Positions 47,018 to 55,098 of a DNA stretch of 64,000 bases are shown here, piece after piece. The stretch comes from an uncultured Bacteroidota bacterium (GTDB taxonomy: Bacteria; Bacteroidota; Rhodothermia; Rhodothermales; Salinibacteraceae). The notes under the pieces are model-generated. The model did not search any database. It had not been told where the DNA came from and saw only the letters and a list, made by a program, of their open reading frames with translations. The stretch spans positions 159 to 64,158 of the forward strand of contig CAKZLV010000055.1 in the NCBI GenBank assembly GCA_937127285.1, written 5' to 3'. Numbering within the stretch: the stretch's first letter is position 1; every line of letters starts with the position of its first letter. Made by a program: the position numbers and the translations under genes.

Positions 47018-47785
47018 TTACCTCGCGGCATCCGTCGGGGGCGGCGAGAACGAAACGGGGGCAGCGTCCAGCACGCGATGGAGGGCCGGGCGCCGGACGT
47101 CGGTGCCCGAGAGGTCGACGGTGAGGCGTGTGCGCCGCTCTCCGTGCGCGACGGACGGGATCACCGGCGGAGAAGGAGCGAGGCCCGGGACCGCGTCGGG
47201 CCGGACGATCAGGTTCAGCCGGCCGGAGGCGGCTTCCACCGACACCCGGTCGACGTGCAGCCACGCCAGGCGAAGCACCAGGCGCCGCTCGGCCCATACC
47301 CGCACGTCCTCGGTCGACAGCCGGACGGCGTAGTCCGGCGGCGCGTCGGGGGCGAGGCGCAGCAGGAAGACCGAAAGCCCTCCCACCCCGAGGGAGACGC
47401 CGAGAACGGCCGTCCACAGCACCCGGGGATCGTCCATTCGCCACAAATCAACGGCCTCAACGACGAAGAAAGCGGCAACCGCCAGCAATCCGACCCCGAC
47501 GCGGGGCAGATAGTAGGACACGCAGCCGGTTTCGCCCACGCTTGCTGCCGTTACCGGGGGCGCGGAGGCGGTCTGGTTTCGTCGCTGGTCGTAGTGGTGG
47601 CGTCGTTCGGGCGTGCCGAGGACGTCGTAGGCCTCTTTCACCCGCCGGAAGCGAGCCTCCGCCGCCTCGTCGTTGGGGTTGCGATCCGGGTGCGTCTTCT
47701 GGGCCAGCCGCCGGTAGGCACGGCGGATTTCCTCCTGAGACGCCGATGCGCGGATCCCGAGCCGCTCGTAGTAGTCGGGGAGCAT
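47018..47785 (-). CDS. J-domain (DnaJ-like) membrane protein
   Basis: The N-terminal J domain carries HPD (DYYERLGI...THPDRN...AYDVLG). It is followed by two or three hydrophobic helices and an uncharacterised C-terminal domain. Confidence 0.8.
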   Translation of the reverse strand: MLPDYYERLGIRASASQEEIRRAYRRLAQKTHPDRNPNDEAAEARFRRVKEAYDVLGTPERRHHYDQRRNQTASAPPVTAASVGETGCVSYYLPRVGVGLLAVAAFFVVEAVDLWRMDDPRVLWTAVLGVSLGVGGLSVFLLRLAPDAPPDYAVRLSTEDVRVWAERRLVLRLAWLHVDRVSVEAASGRLNLIVRPDAVPGLAPSPPVIPSVAHGERRTRLTVDLSGTDVRRPALHRVLDAAPVSFSPPPTDAAR

Positions 47786-47883
47786 AATCGGAGAGGTGGC
47801 TCGTGCAGCCGCGTCGACCGCCGGCCCGGCAGGGAGCCGGCGGCCGGGGCGGGCCGGGGCAGTCGTCCCGTTCGGGACCCCGG

Positions 47884-48561
47884 TCAGCGACCGGTGTCGG
47901 TCTGCGGATGTTCTTTCAGGTGCTGCGACGGATCGAACGACCGCTCGTCGGCCAACCAGGCTGCCAGGGCCGCACTCGTCACGTGGGGATCGATCGACGA
48001 CGGGCGCAGGGGGGCATCGGCCGTGTCCGGCGCCGCGGCCGCCTCCTCCACGTCGGCAAAGTACTCCACCATTCGCTGCAGCCCGCGTGCGAGGCGCGAG
48101 ACGTTTTCGGTGGCGTGCTGCTCAAACTCGACGTGCCCGTTGCGGTAGGCGTCGGCGATGACCTCGAGGGCATCGTCGAGAGCAACGAAAACGCCGGCGT
48201 CGTCCGGTGCGCCCGAGGACGCCTCCGACGAGTCGGCAAGGGTTGCGCGGGTGGGGTCGAGGCCCCGGTCCTGCAGCGCCTCAACCACCGCCTCGCCGTA
48301 GTCGTCGCGCCGGTTGGCGATGATGGAGGTCCGGCCGATGTACGGGCTCCCGGCCACCAGGCTCTGGATCTGGTCGGCCAGATCGGCCGGGTCGGGCGCC
48401 TCATCTTCGTGGCGGATGCTGTCGACGCGGTACGTGGGCGGATGGTCGCCCTCCTGCTCCTTCTCCAGAAGGGTCAGCGTGACGGCGTCCGGCGGTTGCG
48501 GGGACGGGCCGTCGGACACCGCGGCTCGGGTGTCGATGCCGAGGAAGAATGCGTGAGCCAT
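47884..48561 (-). CDS. Hypothetical acidic protein
   Basis: This 225-aa ORF (MAHAFFLGIDT...) lies immediately upstream of, and on the same strand as, the J-domain gene. Its composition looks natural and no family is recognised. Confidence 0.5.
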   Translation of the reverse strand: MAHAFFLGIDTRAAVSDGPSPQPPDAVTLTLLEKEQEGDHPPTYRVDSIRHEDEAPDPADLADQIQSLVAGSPYIGRTSIIANRRDDYGEAVVEALQDRGLDPTRATLADSSEASSGAPDDAGVFVALDDALEVIADAYRNGHVEFEQHATENVSRLARGLQRMVEYFADVEEAAAAPDTADAPLRPSSIDPHVTSAALAAWLADERSFDPSQHLKEHPQTDTGR

Positions 48562-48938
48562 ACCGGATGGACAAGATCTGATGAGACGAAGCGGCGAAAA
48601 CAGCGTTCCGATTCAACGTGCGGAGCTCGCTCCCGGGCCGTTTTTCCAGCGTCCAGACCGATCCCTTCCCCTTCCCGCTCGTCACCCCGAACTCGATGCA
48701 GGATCTCCCCGAGAGGGTGGGGCTTCGGGCGAGGGAATGTGTTGCACGCACGAACGGTCGATGTCGAAACGGTCCGGGAGCCAGCGTGCCGGTTGGAACG
48801 TCCAGGTTGGAACGTGCTGGTTATGTCTCATGCACCGCCCTGCCGCGGCGTTCCGCCGGATGCTGCACGCCCGGTTGCTGCACGCCCGGTTGCTCAAAGC
48901 AGCGAGCCGGTGCAGACGCCGGCGGCGCCGGGGCCGGC

Positions 48939-49994
48939 TCAAGAGCGCACCGTGCAGTACTGGATGCTGAACCGGTCGTCGGCATCCGTCCACACCGTGT
49001 CGACCTCCAGTCCGGCGCGACCGGCCAGCTGCGCGAATGCGTCGAGGGTGTACTTGAACGAGTACTCGGTGTGAATGGCCTCCCCGGCTTCGAAGGAGAC
49101 CTCGACGCCGTCGACCTGCACCTGCTGGTCGTCCCGGCTCACCAGCTGCATGTCGATGCAGCTGCGGTCGGGGTCCCATTCGGCGGTGTAGTCGAACCGG
49201 TCGAGGTCGAACGTCGCCCCGATCTCCCGGTTGATGCGGTCGAGCACGTTGTAGTTGAACTCGGCCGTGATGCCCTCCGAGTCGTCGTAGGCGGGAACGA
49301 GGACGTCGGGCGACTTGCGCAGGTCGACGCCGATGATCAGGCCGCCGCCCGGACCTGCAATCTGGGCGACGTGGGCGAGAAACTGGTGCGCCTGCTCGGG
49401 CCGGAAGTTGCCAATTGTAGAGCCGGGGTAGTACACGACCGTTCGCGCCGCTGAGGGCGGAGGGTCGGGCAGGGCGAAGTCGGTCGTGTAATCGGCACAG
49501 ACGGGCTGGACGGGGATCGACGGGTGGTCGGTCGCCAGGTCGCGGGATGCCTCCAGCAGGTGGTCGCGGGAAATGTCGATCGGGACGTAGGTGGCTACGT
49601 CGGTCAGCGCGTCGAGAAGGATGCGCGTCTTCCAGCTGCTGCCGCTGCCGTACTCGACGAGGCGGGCGCCGGAGCCGACGGCGGCGGCCATTTCCTCGAC
49701 GTGGTCGCGCATGATTTGCATTTCCGTTCGCGTCAGGTAGTACTCCTCGAGCTTGCAGATGTCATCGAAGAGCTTCGACCCGCGCTCGTCGTAGAGGTAC
49801 TTCGACGGGATGCTCTTCGGGGTGCGCTGAAGGCCCGCAACGACTTCCTCGCGAAAGGAGTTTGTGTCGGGGTATTGGTCGATGAGGGGAAGAAGAGGTC
49901 CGTTCGACGCATCCGCATCGGCGGTGCCGGCGGACGAGGCGCTGGCGTCGGCGCTGGCGTCAGCGCTGGCGTTTGAGGAAGGCATGGAACGCAA
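48939..49994 (-). CDS. egtD: L-histidine N(alpha)-methyltransferase (EgtD family)
   Basis: It shows KYLYDERGSKLFDDICKLEEYYLTRTE, LVEYGSGSS, and YYPGSTIGNF. The N-terminal ~30 aa are a low-complexity Ala/Asp/Ser extension, so the start is uncertain. Confidence 0.8.
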   Translation of the reverse strand: MRSMPSSNASADASADASASSAGTADADASNGPLLPLIDQYPDTNSFREEVVAGLQRTPKSIPSKYLYDERGSKLFDDICKLEEYYLTRTEMQIMRDHVEEMAAAVGSGARLVEYGSGSSWKTRILLDALTDVATYVPIDISRDHLLEASRDLATDHPSIPVQPVCADYTTDFALPDPPPSAARTVVYYPGSTIGNFRPEQAHQFLAHVAQIAGPGGGLIIGVDLRKSPDVLVPAYDDSEGITAEFNYNVLDRINREIGATFDLDRFDYTAEWDPDRSCIDMQLVSRDDQQVQVDGVEVSFEAGEAIHTEYSFKYTLDAFAQLAGRAGLEVDTVWTDADDRFSIQYCTVRS

Positions 49995-50122
49995 GGGGTC
50001 GGGGAGAGAAAAGGCGAGGCGGCGCGATCGTCGGGCCGCCGGGGCGTAGGAAGGCTGGATTGAGCGTGAGGGGCTCGGGGTGAGGAGTTATAGGCGGGAG
50101 GAGCGGGGAAGTAGGGACGGAG

Positions 50123-50986
50123 TCAGGCGGGAGACAGGTCGGCGAGGGGGTCGGGGTGTTGAAACGGGTAGTCGAGCGTGCGGCGGAGCCGCTCGCTGGA
50201 GACGATCTTGCCGGGGGACGTCTCGTCGGCCTCTGCGAAGGTGGGCGGCTCCAGGTCGAGGGCCCAGGCGGCGCGCGTGTACAGGTCGCGCCGCGTCGGG
50301 TGGGTGGGGGCGCAGGCGTTGAAGATCTCCCCGCGCACGTCCTGCTCGACAACGGCCTGTACGATGCCGACGCAGTCGTCTCGATGGATCAGATTCGTCG
50401 GGGCGTCGGGCCGGCGGATGCCGGACCGTCCGGCCAGGAACCGTCCCGGGTGGCGATCTCCCCCGTACAGCCCGGCAAACCGAAGAATCGTCACGTCCAG
50501 ATCGTCCCGTTCGGTCAGACGGCCCTCAATGTCGATCAGCACCTCTCCGGTCGAGCGGCGCGGGCCGGAAAGCGCCTGCGGATCTCCCGGAGGCTGATCG
50601 CTCTCCACCACCCGTCCGGCCGTTCGAGGGTACACGCCCGTCGACCCGGCGAAGAGAACCCAGTCGATGGGGCTGGCCGCCACGTGCTCCAGGACCGCCT
50701 CGATCTGGCGCCGGTGGTAGTCGGCGAGGTCGTCCGCCGGGACGTCGCGCACCGGAGGCGGCACGTTGAGGAACAGCGCCTGCGTGTCGAAGAATCGGTC
50801 GGGATCGGTTCCGTCCAGGTTCGGGGACAGGTCGATCCGGAACGGTGCGATGCCGTCCCGGCGCAGCCGGTCGAGTTTGCCGGGCGTGGTCGTAGACCCG
50901 TGCACCCGAAGGCCGGCGTCGGCCAAACGGGCGCCGATCGGCTGGCCCATCCAGCCGCAACCGAGAATGCTGATCGAGTGGACCAT
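50123..50986 (-). CDS. NAD(P)-binding Rossmann-fold protein (SDR / NAD-dependent epimerase-like)
   Basis: The ORF was trimmed to MVHSISILGCGWMG, which carries the GxGxxG dinucleotide fold. Its length and layout resemble atypical SDRs. Confidence 0.7.
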   Translation of the reverse strand: MVHSISILGCGWMGQPIGARLADAGLRVHGSTTTPGKLDRLRRDGIAPFRIDLSPNLDGTDPDRFFDTQALFLNVPPPVRDVPADDLADYHRRQIEAVLEHVAASPIDWVLFAGSTGVYPRTAGRVVESDQPPGDPQALSGPRRSTGEVLIDIEGRLTERDDLDVTILRFAGLYGGDRHPGRFLAGRSGIRRPDAPTNLIHRDDCVGIVQAVVEQDVRGEIFNACAPTHPTRRDLYTRAAWALDLEPPTFAEADETSPGKIVSSERLRRTLDYPFQHPDPLADLSPA

Positions 50987-51253
50987 AAGACGCAGGGGGA
51001 CGCAGGGAAAGCGGCGAGAAGGAGAATCGGCACGGGCGGAGGCCGACCGGTGCACGCAGGAGTCGGCCGGCAGATCCGAACACGAACTCCGAGAAGGAGA
51101 TCCGGGCTCCGGCGACGGCGTGCGGTGCAGGCAGCGACCGGGCGGGGACGTGCATCACGAGGAGGCCGATCGGAGGGAGCCAGGTCGGAGGGAGCCGAGC
51201 CGAAAGGCGGGGGGTGAGCCGGGGTTGTGGTCCGCGGGTCGTGGTCCGCGGCG

Positions 51254-54200
51254 TCAGAGCGGCAGGGTCACCTCGAAGGTCGTCCCGTCCCCGTCACGGC
51301 TGTCGACATCGATGGATCCGTCGTAGACCTCCACGGCTCGCTTCACGATTGTCATGCCGAGGCCGGAGCCGTCGGCCCCGCCGACGTTGCCGGCGCGGAA
51401 GAAGGCACGGAAGAGATGCTCCTGGTCGCTCTCCGGAATGCCGATCCCCTCGTCGGCCACGCGAAGCTTCAGGGTGTGGTTTTCCATCTTCCACCGGACG
51501 CGGACGGGGGTGTCGTCGGGAGAGTACTTCAGGGCATTGGACAGCAGGTTGGACAGGATGTGGTGGAGGAGATCGGGGTCGACAGCGATCTCGTCCGGCA
51601 GCCCGATCGTGTCGACCTCGACGGTTCGGTCTACCCCCAGGTGGGCGCAGACCTCGTCGGTAACCTCTCGCTGAAAGCGGTGAGGGTCGACGGGGGCGGG
51701 GGTCGGGGTGTCGTGCTCGGCGTCGAGCTTGCTCGTGGTGATCACGTCGCCGAGCAGGCGCGACATGCGATCGATCTGGCGGTGGATGCGGTCGACGTAC
51801 TTCTTTCGTTTCTCGGGCGACCACTGCTCGAAAAACTCTCCCATCATTTCGGCCGAGGACCGGATCGTGGAGAGCGGCGTCCGGAACTCGTGCGACACCA
51901 TGCTGACGACGCTCGACTTCAGCCGGTTCAGTTCGCGCTCGCGCCGCAGCGCTTCCCGCGTCTGCTGCTCCATGCGCTTGCGCTCGGTGATGTCGTGAAG
52001 CGTCCCCACGATTCCGGACGTGTGCCCGTCGGCCGGTCCGTCCTCCTCGTGCCCCTCCTGGAGCGTCTGGGCAAAGAGCGCCATCCACCGCACCGACCCA
52101 TCTCGCGTTCGCAGCTTCACCTCGCTCCGGCACGAGGACTGCTCTCCACGAAAGACGCCGCACATCTCTTCCAGCTCCGGCCCTTCAAAGTACGCCAGGC
52201 TCGGGTTGCCCGTCGTCTCTTCCACCGGATATCCCGTGAGCGCTTCCCATGCCGGGTTGAGAAAGCTCCAGTGGCCGTCCGCATCGATCTGAAAGACCAC
52301 GTCGCGTACGTTCTCGACGACGGACCGGTACTGCGCCTCGCGCTCGCGAAGGGTTTGCTCGGCCTCCTTGCGGATTAGGGCGTTGGCAAACGTGTCGCCC
52401 AGGACGCGGAGCAGCATGATCGTTTCCGACTCCCAGGTGCGGGGCGTCTCGACGGCGTCGAACCCGGCGAAGCCGATCAGCCGGCGCCCGTTCGACATCG
52501 GGACGAGCACGAGCGACTGGACGCTCTGCGCGTGCAGGACGGCCCGAAGCGCCTCCGCCTCCGGCGGAAGGTCGTCCACGTCGGGCACGTGCACGGCGCT
52601 CTCGGTCCGGAGCCGGTCCATCAACCAGGCGAATCGCTCCTGCGGGACGTTTTGGATCTGGTCGCGGTGCGACGTGATGCCGGGGCCGCACCACTCATGC
52701 GTGTTGCTGAGCGTCTCGGCGTCGTTGTCGAACAGGAACACGTAGCTGCGGTCTGCACCGACGAACGGGCCGATCCGGCCGAGGGCTTCTTCGATGCGCC
52801 GATCGGTAATCCCGGCGTCCATGTCGATGAAGCGCGTCGACAGGTCGACGATCAGGTTCTCGAGCAGGACGCGGTACTCGAGTTTGTCCTGCGCCGCCCG
52901 CCAGTCGGTAATGTTGCGCAAGACCGTCTGCGCGGCGCGTTCGCCGTCGTACCGAATGGGAACGGACTGCGACTCGACGATGCGGGTCTCTCCATCCAGG
53001 CGTCGGACCCGGTACTCGAACGGCTCGGTGGCCCGCCCCGCCTCCAGGTCGGCGAGCCGTTCGTCGACCCGGTCTTCGTATCCGTCGGCCACGAAGTCTC
53101 GCACGGATCGGCCGACCAGGTCGCCCGGCGAGTCGGCCCCCAGCAGGTCGGCCCCACTCGGGTTGATGTAGCGAATCCGTCCGCCGACCGAAATCAAGAT
53201 CGGTTCCATGTGCGTTTCCACGAGCCGGCGCCAGCGCTCCTCGCTCTGCCGCAGCGCCTCCTCCTGCGCCTTCTGGGCGGTCACGTCCACGGCGTACCCG
53301 GCATACCGGTCCGGGCCGGTACCCGTCTCCACATGCCCCGCCACCGAGTGCACCCAGCGGATGGATCCGTCCGGCTGCACGACGCGGTACTCCAGCGTGA
53401 GTTCTCCGTCGCTCCACCCGTTGCGCATGGCCTGCACCACGCGGGGGCGGTCTTCGGGATGGATGGAGGACAAGTAGGCCTCCGGATGCTCGTAGAGCTC
53501 TTCGACGGGCCGCCCCCAGATGCGCTCATAGGCCGGGCTGATGTACAGGTACTGTTCTTTCGTGCGCAGCCAGAAGACGCCCTGCACGTTCTCTGTGACT
53601 TGCCGAAGACGCTTCTCGCTTTCTTGAAGGGCCTTTTCCGCCAGCACGCGATCGGTCACATTGCGGGTCGACACAACCAGCGCGCCTCCGTTGCCTGCAG
53701 CTCCCGCCCCTTCGACCGGCGCCGGCAGGTCGGGCCGATCCGCCCCCGCCCACTTCCGGGAGGTCATTTCGACCCAGACGTAGTGCCCGTTCTTGTGCTG
53801 CAGCCGTGCCCGGCGCTTGACGATTTCTCCGTCGAGCGCCCGGTCGATGTTCGTCCAGGTAGGCGGCCGGTCATCCGGGTGCATCAGTTCGATGCAGGGC
53901 CGGCCGACGATCTCCTCCGGCGGGTAGCCGAGCAGCGCCTGAACGGACGGGGTGGCAAACGTGCAGGTTGTGTCGGCCGTGTGGCGGGTGATGACGTCCG
54001 CTACGTTGTTGACGACGTAGCGGCATTCGTTCTCGTTCACGTCTCGCCCGGAGCGATTGGACGCCGGGTCGGCAGCCGCGGCCTCGGCTCCATCTCCTCG
54101 CGAGGGAGCCGGCACGCCGGTGAGCATCAGCAGCCCGTCCGTTCCCTCGATGCGCTCCGCCCGCCAGTATGAGGGAGCGTCGGGGCGGTCTCCCTCGACG

Positions 54201-54547
54201 GGAGGCAGGTGAGCCTCCGCCGCCCCTTTTCTGCAAACCGTTTGCAGAAGATCGTGTACGCGCCCCCGGCGCACCGGGCCGTACACGTCGGTCAGCGTTC
54301 TCGGCTGCGGTTCGTTGCCGGAGGAGCAGTTGTCCCGGTCGTCTGCCTCCCGAGACGGGGTGTGCGGGACCGGGGACGGGGCAGGAGGCGCGGTACGAGA
54401 CGTCGTTCCGATCACCTGCTCCGCAAAGGCGTCGTTCCACCGGTGCAGCGTTCCGTCCAGGTCTGCGATCGCCGCCGGTTTGGCTACCGCGTCGAGGAGC
54501 GCGGTGCTCACTTTTTGCTCCTGGTCGAGGCGTTCGTGAAGGGACAT
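51254..54547 (-). CDS. Multi-PAS/GAF sensor histidine kinase (no receiver domain)
   Basis: The ORF was trimmed to MSLHERLD. It has at least four PAS/PAC modules, one GAF-like module (GADRSYVFLFD), an H-box (SHEFRTPLSTI) and an HATPase_c domain (LSNALKYSP, DEGIGIP, GSGLGM). Confidence 0.9.
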   Translation of the reverse strand: MSLHERLDQEQKVSTALLDAVAKPAAIADLDGTLHRWNDAFAEQVIGTTSRTAPPAPSPVPHTPSREADDRDNCSSGNEPQPRTLTDVYGPVRRGRVHDLLQTVCRKGAAEAHLPPVEGDRPDAPSYWRAERIEGTDGLLMLTGVPAPSRGDGAEAAAADPASNRSGRDVNENECRYVVNNVADVITRHTADTTCTFATPSVQALLGYPPEEIVGRPCIELMHPDDRPPTWTNIDRALDGEIVKRRARLQHKNGHYVWVEMTSRKWAGADRPDLPAPVEGAGAAGNGGALVVSTRNVTDRVLAEKALQESEKRLRQVTENVQGVFWLRTKEQYLYISPAYERIWGRPVEELYEHPEAYLSSIHPEDRPRVVQAMRNGWSDGELTLEYRVVQPDGSIRWVHSVAGHVETGTGPDRYAGYAVDVTAQKAQEEALRQSEERWRRLVETHMEPILISVGGRIRYINPSGADLLGADSPGDLVGRSVRDFVADGYEDRVDERLADLEAGRATEPFEYRVRRLDGETRIVESQSVPIRYDGERAAQTVLRNITDWRAAQDKLEYRVLLENLIVDLSTRFIDMDAGITDRRIEEALGRIGPFVGADRSYVFLFDNDAETLSNTHEWCGPGITSHRDQIQNVPQERFAWLMDRLRTESAVHVPDVDDLPPEAEALRAVLHAQSVQSLVLVPMSNGRRLIGFAGFDAVETPRTWESETIMLLRVLGDTFANALIRKEAEQTLREREAQYRSVVENVRDVVFQIDADGHWSFLNPAWEALTGYPVEETTGNPSLAYFEGPELEEMCGVFRGEQSSCRSEVKLRTRDGSVRWMALFAQTLQEGHEEDGPADGHTSGIVGTLHDITERKRMEQQTREALRRERELNRLKSSVVSMVSHEFRTPLSTIRSSAEMMGEFFEQWSPEKRKKYVDRIHRQIDRMSRLLGDVITTSKLDAEHDTPTPAPVDPHRFQREVTDEVCAHLGVDRTVEVDTIGLPDEIAVDPDLLHHILSNLLSNALKYSPDDTPVRVRWKMENHTLKLRVADEGIGIPESDQEHLFRAFFRAGNVGGADGSGLGMTIVKRAVEVYDGSIDVDSRDGDGTTFEVTLPL

Positions 54548-55098
54548 GGCCGCCGATCGACTGTTCGGGCAGAATCGGGTTCGAGCAGCACCGGGCCTGC
54601 GAGTGGCTGCGGCAGGGATGCCTTTCATCGGGGTGTGCGGTTAGGAAGTCAAAACTCAAGGAACCGGTCGATGCCGTCAGAAGCAATCGAACCGGCCTCC
54701 TGACGCGGCGGCGCGGCGATCTTCCCACCGTTGTAACGTGTGCGGAATTCGAGGTCGCCCCGAGGAACGCGGCTTCTTCCTCGTCTTTCAGATGGATGTT
54801 CTCGAAGAGTGCCGTCGGCGGCATCGGTCTTCGTCGAACGACATCCGACCGATACCATCTCGACCGACCCTTCTCCCCTTCCGGAGGCGTTGCCGGTGTC
54901 CACCGCAGACGCGTTCCGGCAGGCACCCGCAGTTCCGGCAGGCACCCGCGATCCGGGCATGCGCCCACACTGCGTGCGCCACCGCGTGCGCACCTGATCC
55001 GGGTATCCGCTTGATCCGGGTGTCCGCTCGGGCGCAGGCACTCGCGCGCACCGATCCCTCGAAGCCAGCGTTCTGCAGGAACTTCCCGGCCTGTCCCC

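Noticed and set aside
45318-47333. 671-aa plus-strand ORF
   Set aside because: It overlaps comF in another frame and is antisense to msrA and the J-domain gene. Its composition is extremely Arg/Pro/Gly/Ala-rich.
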